Shown here piece after piece: positions 43,981 through 52,435 of a stretch of 58,428 nt of DNA (position 1 is its first letter; every line of letters starts with the position of its first letter). Under the pieces are notes generated by a model that did not search any database, was not told the DNA's origin, and saw only the letters and a program-made list of their open reading frames with translations. The DNA comes from Elusimicrobiota bacterium (lineage in GTDB: Bacteria; Elusimicrobiota; Elusimicrobia; UBA1565; JACRDR01), in the NCBI GenBank assembly GCA_016207565.1, contig JACQPK010000267.1, positions 1 through 58,428 on the forward strand, in the 5' to 3' direction. A program made the position numbers and the translations under genes.

Positions 43981-46900
43981 TCACGATTCTATCACTTGGC
44001 CGGTGCGCAAGAACACGAGCTTGAACCCGCACGGCTTGCCGAGGGCACGCCGGACGGCCTCGCGATAGACCTCGGCCTGCACCGCGTGGCGTTTGACGAG
44101 CGCCGCAAGCTCCCGATCGGACACGCGCTCGGTCTTGTAGTCGGCGATCCAGAGCTTGCCGCCGGCGCGATACAGGAGGTCGATCGAGCCGCGGACGACC
44201 TGGCCGCCGTCCGCGTAGATGAACGGCAACTCCCGGCCCAGGATCACCGCCCGGGCGAGCTCGCGCGCCGCCTTCGACGCGATGAAGTCCCCGAGGATCG
44301 CGCGGCACTCGTCGCCGATCGCGGCGGCGTCGGCCGCTCCCTCGCGTTCGACCCTGGCGACCTCCCGCGCGACGGCCTCCCGCAGTCTCACCTGGTGCGT
44401 CGCACCGGATGAGACGGCGAAGTCCCAGCGCTCGAGCACGCGGTGGCACACGACGCCGACGAGCCGGGGCGAGGCGCCGGCCGGCGCGTCCTCGGCCCGC
44501 TCGAAGCCGGCCCGCGCCGGCGGCTTGTCCTCGAGGGCCGCGAGACGGGTCGCGCTCGTCGACGCCGGGCGCTCGGCCGCGGCCGCCGACGCCCATCTAG
44601 CCTTCCAGAGCGCGCCGAGCCCCGTGAGGTCGATCGCCGTCGCGGGAGCGGCGCGCGACGGCGCGGACGGGGCCGGCTCCTCGTCGAGATAGGCGATCGG
44701 GACCCGCCGGCCGCCGAGCGTGAGCGCCTCCGGCGCGTCGTCGCCCGGCCAGGCCCCCGCGCGCGCGAGCAAGCCCGCGAAGCTCGCCTCGCTCCCGGGG
44801 GAGAGCGAGCCCGCGAGGATCAGGCGGTCGCGCGCGCGCGTCATCGCGACGTAGAGCAGCCTCACGCCTTCGTAGCGCTCCCGGCGCGCCTCCTCGAGCT
44901 TCAAAAACCCCATCGCCGCGTCGGCCGCCTTGGCCTTCGGCAGCGAGAGGCCGACCGCGCCCGCCGTCCAATCGACCCTCGAGGCGGGCGGGTCGCCTCC
45001 GCCCGGAGGCGCCGCGAGGTTCGGCAGGATGACCACGGGCCACTCGAGGCCCTTCGACTTGTGGACCGAGAGGATGCGCACCGCGTCGAGATGCTCGTCG
45101 GCGAGCGGGCTCTCGCCTTCCCGGGCGAAGTCCTTCATCTCCCGCTCCACGAGGCCGATGAACTCCTTGAGCGTCGCGCCGCGCTCCTCGGCGGCGCGGG
45201 AGGCGAGCCGCGCGAACTTCAGCAGGTTCGAGGCGGTCTGGTCCCCGTAGTAGGCCGCCGAGGCGAGCTCGAGGAGGAACGTCTCGCGGAAGACGCGGGC
45301 GACGAAGTCGCCGAGCGGCTCGCGCCCGGCCCGCTCCCGGAGCCCCCGCAGGGCCGCATACAGCGTCGTCAGCCGCGCGCGGGCCGCCGCGCCCAGGGCG
45401 CGAGGCGGATCGCGGCGATAGTCCATGCCGGACGCCTCGCGCAGCTCGAGCAGCTCCCGGTCGTCGAGGCCCGCGAGCGGCGAGCGCAGAAGCCCCGCCA
45501 TCGACACGCGGTCGCCGGGCTCGTCGAGGACCCGGAGGAGGTTGAGCAGGTCGAGCGCCTCCTGCGTGCCGTAGAAGTAGCGGTCGGCCTCGACGGCGTA
45601 GGGGAGGCCGGCGCGCTTCAACGCGTCAAGGTAGACCTCGAGCGACGTCGTGGTCCGAAGCAGGATCGCGACGTGCCGGAACTCATACGCCCTTCCCGGC
45701 CCCGCGTTTTCCGCGATCCACCGCGCGATCCATTCGGCCTCGCGCCCGCGGCCGTCGTCGGCTCGCTCCCCGTCGCGCAGCCGCGCGACGACGAGCTCGA
45801 CGGCCGTGCCGTCGAGCGCGGCCCTCATCGGCTGGATCGCCAAATATCCCGGCTGCAGCCCGGCCTCGAGCGTCATGAGCCTCTCGTGCACCGCGTTCAC
45901 GGGATCGACGACGCCGTCGTGGCCGCGGAAGCTCGTCGTGAGGTCGCATCGCTCGGCCCCTTGCGCGAGCAGGAGCTCGGTGAAGCCGTGGTAGGCGCGC
46001 ATGTCGGCGCCGCGAAAGCGGTAGATCGACTGCTTCGGGTCGCCGACGACGAAGAGCTTCCCCGCCTCGAGGCTCAGCTCGCGCCAGGAGGAGGCGCGGG
46101 CCCCCCGGCGCTCCCCGAGGTAGAGCAGCAGCTCCCCCTGCACCGGGTCGGTGTCCTGGAACTCGTCGATAAATAACGCGTCCCAACGAGCCTTGAGCGC
46201 CTCGCGCACGGCGGGGTGGTCGCGCACGAGGTCGCGCGCGCGCCGGAGCAGCCCGAAGTACGAGACGAGGCCGCGGCGCCGGTGCCGCTCGCGCACGCGC
46301 GCCGAGAGGCCCTCGACCAGCTCGACGGCCCGCCGCACGAGCCGCTCGCCGTCGCCGGAGGTCGCGGCGCACAGGACCGTCGCCTCCCGGTAGGCCGCCT
46401 CGTCGGGATCGCCCTCCCAGGCCTTCGGCCACGTGTAGGCCTTGACCTTCCGGAACTCGTAACGCTCCGGCCAGGCGCCGCGGCCCGCGCACGCGGAGGC
46501 GAGGTCCTTGAGCCGGGCGGCGGCCTCGGCCGCCCCCTCCAGGATCTTGCTGGCGCCGCCGGGGCGCGGCTTGGAGCCGAAGCCCTCGAGCGTCGCGGCG
46601 AGCCTGCCCAGCCGCTCGCGCATCGCGGCCGTCGCGCCCGGCGCGGCCTGGCAGGTCTCCTCCTCGCAGAGCGACCGGGCCAGCGTCTCGAGGTCCGCCA
46701 AGCCGACCAGCGGGAGCAGCGAGAGCCACAGGCCCCGCCGGGGAGCCGCCTCGCCGAGCTCCGCGTCGAGCCACGCGGCCCACTCGCTCTCGAAGAGCTC
46801 CTGCAGCCCGGGGCCGGTGTCCACGTCGAAGCCGGGGTCGACGCCCGCCTCGAGCGGGTGGAGCCGGAGCACGTGCGAGGCGAAGTGGTGGATCGTGCCG

Positions 46901-47316
46901 ATCATGGCGCGATCCATCCGCTCGAGCGCCGAGGCCGCGACCGCGCCCACGCGCTCGGGCGCCAGGCCGAAACGCCCGCGCGCCTCGGCGAGGAGCCGGC
47001 GGGCCTCGTCGCGCCGCGATCCGGAGGGAAGCGCGTCCTCGAGCTCCGCGAGCACGTCGGCGAGGCGCCCCGAGAGGCGGAGCTGCACCTCGCCCGCCGC
47101 CTTCTCGGTGAAGGTGAGCGCCACGAGCCGGGTCAGGTCGACGCCCTTCCCCTTCGGCCCGCCGGCCAGGAGCGTGAAGAGGATGCGGTCGGTCAGGAGC
47201 GTCGTCTTCCCCGTACCGGCGCCCGCCTCGACGACGACGTTGCGGCGCAGCTCGAAGCGGGCGCGGTCGCGGGCGGCCTGGTCGGGAGGAAGCACGGAAG
47301 CCCTCATAAGGTCCAT
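43981..47316 (-). CDS. UvrD/AddA-like helicase with C-terminal PD-(D/E)XK nuclease domain
   Basis: Walker A AGAGTGKTT, UvrD/Rep helicase motifs, and C-terminal GSIDLLYRAGGKLWIADYKTE. Confidence 0.88.
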   Translation of the reverse strand: MDLMRASVLPPDQAARDRARFELRRNVVVEAGAGTGKTTLLTDRILFTLLAGGPKGKGVDLTRLVALTFTEKAAGEVQLRLSGRLADVLAELEDALPSGSRRDEARRLLAEARGRFGLAPERVGAVAASALERMDRAMIGTIHHFASHVLRLHPLEAGVDPGFDVDTGPGLQELFESEWAAWLDAELGEAAPRRGLWLSLLPLVGLADLETLARSLCEEETCQAAPGATAAMRERLGRLAATLEGFGSKPRPGGASKILEGAAEAAARLKDLASACAGRGAWPERYEFRKVKAYTWPKAWEGDPDEAAYREATVLCAATSGDGERLVRRAVELVEGLSARVRERHRRRGLVSYFGLLRRARDLVRDHPAVREALKARWDALFIDEFQDTDPVQGELLLYLGERRGARASSWRELSLEAGKLFVVGDPKQSIYRFRGADMRAYHGFTELLLAQGAERCDLTTSFRGHDGVVDPVNAVHERLMTLEAGLQPGYLAIQPMRAALDGTAVELVVARLRDGERADDGRGREAEWIARWIAENAGPGRAYEFRHVAILLRTTTSLEVYLDALKRAGLPYAVEADRYFYGTQEALDLLNLLRVLDEPGDRVSMAGLLRSPLAGLDDRELLELREASGMDYRRDPPRALGAAARARLTTLYAALRGLRERAGREPLGDFVARVFRETFLLELASAAYYGDQTASNLLKFARLASRAAEERGATLKEFIGLVEREMKDFAREGESPLADEHLDAVRILSVHKSKGLEWPVVILPNLAAPPGGGDPPASRVDWTAGAVGLSLPKAKAADAAMGFLKLEEARRERYEGVRLLYVAMTRARDRLILAGSLSPGSEASFAGLLARAGAWPGDDAPEALTLGGRRVPIAYLDEEPAPSAPSRAAPATAIDLTGLGALWKARWASAAAAERPASTSATRLAALEDKPPARAGFERAEDAPAGASPRLVGVVCHRVLERWDFAVSSGATHQVRLREAVAREVARVEREGAADAAAIGDECRAILGDFIASKAARELARAVILGRELPFIYADGGQVVRGSIDLLYRAGGKLWIADYKTERVSDRELAALVKRHAVQAEVYREAVRRALGKPCGFKLVFLRTGQVIES
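44385..44415. repeat. 31-nt palindromic element, copy 3 (inverted orientation, 2 stem mismatches), inside the addA-like CDS
   Basis: GTCTCACCTGGTGCGTCGCACCGGATGAGAC, compared with copies 1 and 2. It encodes VSSGATHQVRL in the addA reading frame. Confidence 0.7.
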
Positions 47317-47336
47317 TACTCCTGAGTTAACCCTTC

Positions 47337-47463
47337 AACGGAGGAACGCAGAGGCACGCAGAGGAAGTAACGAAGAGGCGCGCAAAGGACAGCACTGATT
47401 GCGGATCCGTCCTCCGCGTTCCTCTCTGTAAATTCCCTTCGCGTACCTCTGCGTCCCTCCGTT
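47337..47463. repeat. 127-nt imperfect inverted repeat (arms ~55 nt) in the addB-addA intergenic region
   Basis: The left arm AACGGAGGAACGCAGAGGCACGCAGAGGAAGTAACGAAGAGGCGCGCAAAGGAC pairs with the reverse complement of the right arm, GAACGGAGGGACGCAGAGGTACGCGAAGGGAATTTACAGAGAGGAACGCGGAGGAC. ACGCAGAGG is tandemly duplicated in the left arm. Confidence 0.7.
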
Positions 47464-47482
47464 CTTACCGTAAGAGCGATGT

Positions 47483-50400
47483 TCATAGGGGCAGCTCCCG
47501 CCGCTCGAGGAACTCGGCGAGCTCCCGGGACGCGTCGGCGCGGCGCGCGGTCGGCCCGTGCGACTTGCGGCAGACGGCCGCGAAGGCGCAGCGCCCGCAG
47601 GCCCCATGCATCGACTCGTCGCGCGCGATCATGAACTCGCCGCGCTCGATCCCGGCGACGAAGCCCTCGAGGCGGTCCCAGAAGCCCGGCCGGAGCGCGC
47701 GCCACTCCTGGGGCTCGAGCGCGACGATCGCCGGCTCGCCCGGATGTTCGGGCGTCCCCTCGAGGCAGTACAGCGCGGCGCCGGCGACGTCACCCTCCCG
47801 GCCGAGGCCCATGGCCAGCGCGAGCTCGAGGTAGATCGGCGGCTGCAGTTCGCCCATCCGCTTCAGCCGGTCGCGGAGCTTTGCCGGCCCGCGCCCGGAC
47901 TTGTAATCGACGATCCAGAGGCGGCCGTCGGGGGCCGTGTCGATGCGGTCGGCGCGCCCGCGCAGCGCGATCCCGCGCGCGCTCCCTTCGAGCGGATGCT
48001 CGAAGAACCGGGGCACGAGCCCGGTGAGCCTGACGCGCTCGACGTCGAGCGCCGCGAGCCGGCGCAGCCGGAGCTCCAGGCGCGCGCGCGTCGCCTCCCA
48101 CACCACGGGATAGACGCCGAGCTCGCGCCAACTCACGGCGCCCAGGACCTCGCGGAGGGCTCGCTCGAGGCGCGGCGTGAAATCCGCGCGGGCGTCCTGC
48201 CAGAAGCCCTCCTCGGCCAGGGAGCGGTGGAAGCGCTCGAGCACGTCGTGCGCGAGCGTGCCGCGGGCCGCGGGCGCCACCTCGCCACGCTCGGCGGGCT
48301 CCGCCGGCTCGCCGAGGCCCAGGACGCGGCCGGCGAAGTACTGGAACGGGCAGGCGAGGTACTCCTCCAGGGCGGAAGGCGCGTAGCTCGGAGCCTCGGC
48401 GGCGCCGCGCCTCGACGCGGGCCCGACCAGCCCGTCGAACGCGCCGGGCGCCCCCGGGCGGTTGAGCAGGGCGACGCGCTCGCGGCACGCGTCGAGCAGT
48501 CGGGCGTCGAAGCCGAGCCCGGCGAGGCCGGCGCTCGAGCCGGCGCCTCGCGAGACCTCGAGCGCGGCCTCCTTCGGCGAGAGCCGGGCCTTTCCGGCGA
48601 ACTGGAGCTTCTCGAACGGCCGCCGCGGCACGCGCACGGCACGCTCGAGCTCGGTGCCGGCCGCGCGGCAGAGCTCCCGGAGGTAGATCGACGGGACCTG
48701 CGCGCGGCCGTCGTCGCCCGACCGCGGATAGACGCAGGTCAGGCTCTCGACGGCGGAGCCGGCGAGCAGCGTGAAGAGGAGCCTCTCCTCGGCGTAGCCC
48801 TCGAGCTTCGGCAGGATCCAGTACCCGCCCGGGTGCTCGAGGCGCGAGCGCACCGAGTCGGACACCAGCGGGTCCTCGCGGACCTGCCGCGGGAATACGC
48901 GCTCCTGCAGGCCGATCAGGAAGAGGTGCTTGAAGGACTCGCCGCGGGCGGACATCGCGTCGAGCACGCGCACGCCGAGGTTCGGCCCGGCCGGCGGCGA
49001 CTGGGCGCGGCGAAGCTTCTCCTCGAGCGTCTCGAGGAACTCGGCGAAGTCGGCGCCGGGCGCGGCGGGCCCGAACCCCGCCAGGGCGTCCACCGCCTCG
49101 AGCACCGCGTCGAAGGCCTCGCGGGCGGGCCCGGGCTCCGGTCGCGCGAAATGCGCCTCGAGCGCGCGCCGCGCGTGGGCCGCCATCGCCGGCCAGGGAT
49201 CGGCCGGCAGGCCCGCCGGCCCGGCGAGCTCGCGGTCGAGCCCGCGCACCCAGCGCCACAGCGACGCGACGTGCGCCGCCGGGATATTGGGGCCGTGCTC
49301 CTCGGATCCGAGCGGGAGGTCGCGCTCGATCCACGGGGCCAGACGCCCCTCCCACTGGAGGAGCCCCGAGTGGAGCCCGAGCTTGCGCACGATCGCCGGC
49401 CAGTCGTGGACGCCCTCCTCCGAGGCGCGGAGGCGGCAGTACGGCGAGGAGACCAAGTCGAGCACGCTTCTCGCGGGGAACTCGCGGCGGCGCAGGGTGA
49501 GCAGCCCGAGCGCGAGCCGCGCCGCCGGATGGCGCAGCAGGGGACCTCCCGCGTCCGTCCAGTACGGCACGCCGTTCTCGGCGAACACCTCCGCCACCGC
49601 CGCGCGGTAGGGCTCGAGCGTCCGCGCGACGACGCCGATGTCGGCGAAGTCGGGAGCATCCGGGCGGGCGCGGAGCGCCAGGATCTCCTTGGCGACGAGC
49701 CACACCTCGTCGCGGGCGCCCGAGGCGCTGAAGACGCGCAACGCGTCCGGTGCGGGCGCGGCCTGGGCGCCCGGGACGAAGAGCGCGTCGGAGGCCGCGC
49801 CGAGCGCGAGCGCGGCCGGCTCGGCGGGGAGATGCCGGGCCTTCGCGCGGCCGAGCTTCACCTTCAGGAACCGCTCGGCGAACGCGAGTCCCGGACGGCC
49901 CGGGACGTAGGGGAAGAAGACCGTGCACGCGAAGGCGCCGGCCATGGCGTCGAAGAAGTCCGCCTGGGCGCCCGTGAGGTCGTAGAAGCCGTAGTAGAGG
50001 AACTCGGCGTAGCGCGCGAGCGTCTCGGCCTGGCCGTCGCTCACCGCGTCCGCCGCCTCGCGGGCCAGCCCCGACGGCGGGAGGCACCCGAGCGTCGCGA
50101 GGCGCCGCCGGTAGCCGGACTCCAGCGCGAGCAGCGCCGAGAGCCTGCGCCGCTCGTCGGGCTCGAGCGGCAGCCGGTCGAGGTGTTCGCCGAAGCCGTC
50201 CGGGTCGACCCCCGCGTCGATGAGGTCGCGGAGGCTCGAGCGGTAGGCGGCCGCGAGCCCGCGGGAAGGCCGGGCGCCGGCGTCGGCGAGGAGGCGGTCG
50301 AGCACCTTGTCGTGGAAGAGCCCGTCGCCCACGAAGCGGGCCGAGGGCCCGCCCCGCGCCTCGAGCGCCTCCAGGGCAAGGCTATGGAAGGTGTGGAATC

Positions 50401-50581
50401 GGACGTTGAGGAGGGCGAGCCCGCCCTCGTGGGCGGCGAGCCGCTCGAGGCGTTCCGCGAGCCTGCGCGACGGCGCGACGACCGCCACGGCGCGTCCGGG
50501 GCCGGGCTTCGACTCCTTGAGCGCCGCGAGGAACGCGCGCTCCAGCGACGGGAAGGCCCCGCAGACGACGCGCAGGCTCAC
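47483..50581 (-). CDS. AddB-like PD-(D/E)XK nuclease/inactive helicase subunit with Fe-S Cys cluster
   Basis: The GTG start overlaps the upstream stop (GTGA). Nuclease region RADRID...LWIVDYKSG. The Cys pattern (CPFQYF upstream, plus C-terminal CGRCAFAAVC) is typical of the AddB iron staple. Confidence 0.8.
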   Translation of the reverse strand: MSLRVVCGAFPSLERAFLAALKESKPGPGRAVAVVAPSRRLAERLERLAAHEGGLALLNVRFHTFHSLALEALEARGGPSARFVGDGLFHDKVLDRLLADAGARPSRGLAAAYRSSLRDLIDAGVDPDGFGEHLDRLPLEPDERRRLSALLALESGYRRRLATLGCLPPSGLAREAADAVSDGQAETLARYAEFLYYGFYDLTGAQADFFDAMAGAFACTVFFPYVPGRPGLAFAERFLKVKLGRAKARHLPAEPAALALGAASDALFVPGAQAAPAPDALRVFSASGARDEVWLVAKEILALRARPDAPDFADIGVVARTLEPYRAAVAEVFAENGVPYWTDAGGPLLRHPAARLALGLLTLRRREFPARSVLDLVSSPYCRLRASEEGVHDWPAIVRKLGLHSGLLQWEGRLAPWIERDLPLGSEEHGPNIPAAHVASLWRWVRGLDRELAGPAGLPADPWPAMAAHARRALEAHFARPEPGPAREAFDAVLEAVDALAGFGPAAPGADFAEFLETLEEKLRRAQSPPAGPNLGVRVLDAMSARGESFKHLFLIGLQERVFPRQVREDPLVSDSVRSRLEHPGGYWILPKLEGYAEERLLFTLLAGSAVESLTCVYPRSGDDGRAQVPSIYLRELCRAAGTELERAVRVPRRPFEKLQFAGKARLSPKEAALEVSRGAGSSAGLAGLGFDARLLDACRERVALLNRPGAPGAFDGLVGPASRRGAAEAPSYAPSALEEYLACPFQYFAGRVLGLGEPAEPAERGEVAPAARGTLAHDVLERFHRSLAEEGFWQDARADFTPRLERALREVLGAVSWRELGVYPVVWEATRARLELRLRRLAALDVERVRLTGLVPRFFEHPLEGSARGIALRGRADRIDTAPDGRLWIVDYKSGRGPAKLRDRLKRMGELQPPIYLELALAMGLGREGDVAGAALYCLEGTPEHPGEPAIVALEPQEWRALRPGFWDRLEGFVAGIERGEFMIARDESMHGACGRCAFAAVCRKSHGPTARRADASRELAEFLERRELPL

Positions 50582-51435
50582 GGCGTCGGCCTCGGGCTCG
50601 GGCTCGGCGTCGGCTGCCCTCGCGCCGTGTCGGTGGAGGCGGCGGCGCCGGCCGCCCCGCCGGCAAAGCGCTCCCCGTACGCCGAGACGCGCCGGCCGCA
50701 CTCCGCGTCCTTTCGGCATTCCGCCAGCGCGCGCTCGCATTGGCCGCCGGGGCCGAGCCGCCGGCAGATGTCGAGGAAGTCCGGGCCGGAGCCGGGCTGC
50801 ACCCAGTGGCCTTCGATCCTCGGATCTCCGCGCCCGCGCGCTCCCGCCGCCTCGACCCCGGGCCTAGACGCCGCCGCGCCTCCCGCCGCGGGGCCCTGGC
50901 CGCCGGGGGCGTTCCCTTCGCCCGGCTCGACGGCGTAGAGGCCGTAGACCTTGCCTTCGCCGGCCGCCGCTTTCGCCGCGGCCGCGGCCTCGCGGACGGA
51001 GACTCCGAGCCCCGGCCGGGAGGCGAGCCGCTCGGCCAATGCCCGAAAGCCTGCCTCCCGGGAGGCGCTCGCGAACAGCGCGGCGAAGTCCCGCTCGGCC
51101 GTCAGGTCGCGGAGGAAGTCCCGCGCGGTGGGGCCGGCCTGCCGGCGGGCCCGGCTCTGCGCGGCGCGCTCGACGAAACGGTTCCAGAGCGTCCGCAGCC
51201 GGGGCTTGGCGGCGAACTCGCGCGCGAAGGCGCGCGCCGCGGGGTCGTCTTGCTCTCGCCCGAGAAGACGCGCGAGCTCCTCAAAAGAGAGCGGCTCCTC
51301 CTTCGGCGGCGGCGGCGGAGCGGAGGCGCGGTCGTCGGGCGCGGGCGGCGAGAGCCTGGGCGCGAGCCACCACCCGACGAGCAGGCCGAGCAGCGAGAAC
51401 GCGAGGAGCGCGACGAGGAGGCCCGTGCGGCGCAT
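50578..51435 (-). CDS. Membrane-anchored low-complexity protein with C-x8-C-x6-C-x5-C motif
   Basis: Start taken at MRRTGLLVALLAFSLLGLLVGWW. Cys motif CRRLGPGGQCERALAECRKDAEC is encoded at 50698-50766. Confidence 0.6.
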   Translation of the reverse strand: MRRTGLLVALLAFSLLGLLVGWWLAPRLSPPAPDDRASAPPPPPKEEPLSFEELARLLGREQDDPAARAFAREFAAKPRLRTLWNRFVERAAQSRARRQAGPTARDFLRDLTAERDFAALFASASREAGFRALAERLASRPGLGVSVREAAAAAKAAAGEGKVYGLYAVEPGEGNAPGGQGPAAGGAAASRPGVEAAGARGRGDPRIEGHWVQPGSGPDFLDICRRLGPGGQCERALAECRKDAECGRRVSAYGERFAGGAAGAAASTDTARGQPTPSPSPRPTP

Positions 51436-51533
51436 TGCGTTTCTATCCCGTGCGTGCCTGGCCTCACCGTTACGCCGCAGATCGAGGCCTGGCACGCTAC
51501 CTCACGGATGATATCAAGTATAATCGCCGCTCC

Positions 51534-51950
51534 ATGAAGGAGATGGCCCGTCTCGCGCGGCTCGTCGCGAAGCTCCGGTCTCCGACCGGCTGCCCTTGGG
51601 ACCGGGCGCAGGACCATGTCTCCCTGATCCCGTATCTAAAGGAAGAGGCGCGCGAGGTCGAGAAGGCGCTCCGGCGCGGAGAGTGGCACGACATCGAAGA
51701 CGAGCTCGGCGACCTGCTCCTGCAGATACTCCTCCACGCGCAGATCGAGGACGAGCAGGGGCGCTTCGACCTCGAGGACGTCGCCCGCAGCCAGTATCTG
51801 AAGCTCCGGCGCCGGCACCCGCACGTCTTCGGCGGGACGAAGTTCAAGACGCCCAAGGAAGTCTTGCGGAACTGGGACCGGATCAAGTCGGTCGAGCGAG
51901 GGCGGCGCGCGGCCGACGTCCGGCGGCGCCTCGCGCGGCGGCGCGCGTGA
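51534..51950 (+). CDS. mazG: MazG-type nucleoside triphosphate pyrophosphohydrolase
   Basis: CPWDRAQDH...EEAREVEKAL...ELGDLLLQILLHAQI...RRHPHVFG. TATAAT lies 9 nt before the ATG. Confidence 0.85.
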   Translation: MKEMARLARLVAKLRSPTGCPWDRAQDHVSLIPYLKEEAREVEKALRRGEWHDIEDELGDLLLQILLHAQIEDEQGRFDLEDVARSQYLKLRRRHPHVFGGTKFKTPKEVLRNWDRIKSVERGRRAADVRRRLARRRA

Positions 51951-52390
51951 CGGGCGCGGGCGTCGCGCTCCGCTGGGTCGGCCACGGGACGCCCGAATAC
52001 GAGCGCCTCGTCGATCTGCGGCGGGAGATCCTCCGCAAGCCGCTCGGACTCGTCTTCACTCCGGAGCAGCTCGCCGCCGAGTCGGACCAACTGCACCTGG
52101 GGGCGTGGGACGGAGAGCGCGCGCTCGGCTGCCTGGTCCTGCGCATCGCGAGCGCCGATTCGGTCGTGATGCGGCAGGTCGCCGTCGCGGCCGAGGCTCA
52201 GCGCCGCGGGATCGGGAAGCTCCTCGTCGATGAGTCGGAGCGCGAGGCGCGGCGCCGGGGACTGGCGCGGATGAGCCTCCACGCGCGCGAGACGGCGGTC
52301 CCGTTCTACGAGCGACTCGGCTACCATATCGAAGGCGAGCCCTTCACCGAGGTCGGGCTCCCTCACCGCGAGATGGCCAAAACCCTGTAG
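51947..52390 (+). CDS. GNAT family N-acetyltransferase
   Basis: GTGA overlap with mazG. Acetyl-CoA motif RQVAVAAEAQRRGIGKLLV. Confidence 0.8.
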   Translation: MTGAGVALRWVGHGTPEYERLVDLRREILRKPLGLVFTPEQLAAESDQLHLGAWDGERALGCLVLRIASADSVVMRQVAVAAEAQRRGIGKLLVDESEREARRRGLARMSLHARETAVPFYERLGYHIEGEPFTEVGLPHREMAKTL

Positions 52391-52391
52391 A

Positions 52392-52422
52392 GTCTCATCT
52401 GGTGCGACGCACCAGATGAGAC
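52392..52422. repeat. 31-nt palindromic element, copy 2 (GTCTCATCTGGTGCGACGCACCAGATGAGAC)
   Basis: It differs from copy 1 only at the two paired stem positions (G:C changed to T:A). It starts 2 nt after the GNAT stop. Confidence 0.8.
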
Positions 52423-52435
52423 TATACTCCCGAAC

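Noticed and set aside
47337-47463. The tandem ACGCAGAGG repeats, considered as a possible CRISPR or tandem-repeat array.
   Set aside because: There are only two adjacent 9-10 nt units with no spacers, and they form part of one arm of an inverted repeat. No CRISPR-like array or cas genes occur anywhere in the window.
51490-51506. TGGCAC resembling a sigma-54 -24 element upstream of mazG.
   Set aside because: The expected TTGCW -12 element 5 nt downstream is absent (the sequence is CTCAC). A TATAAT box closer to the ATG explains the promoter better.
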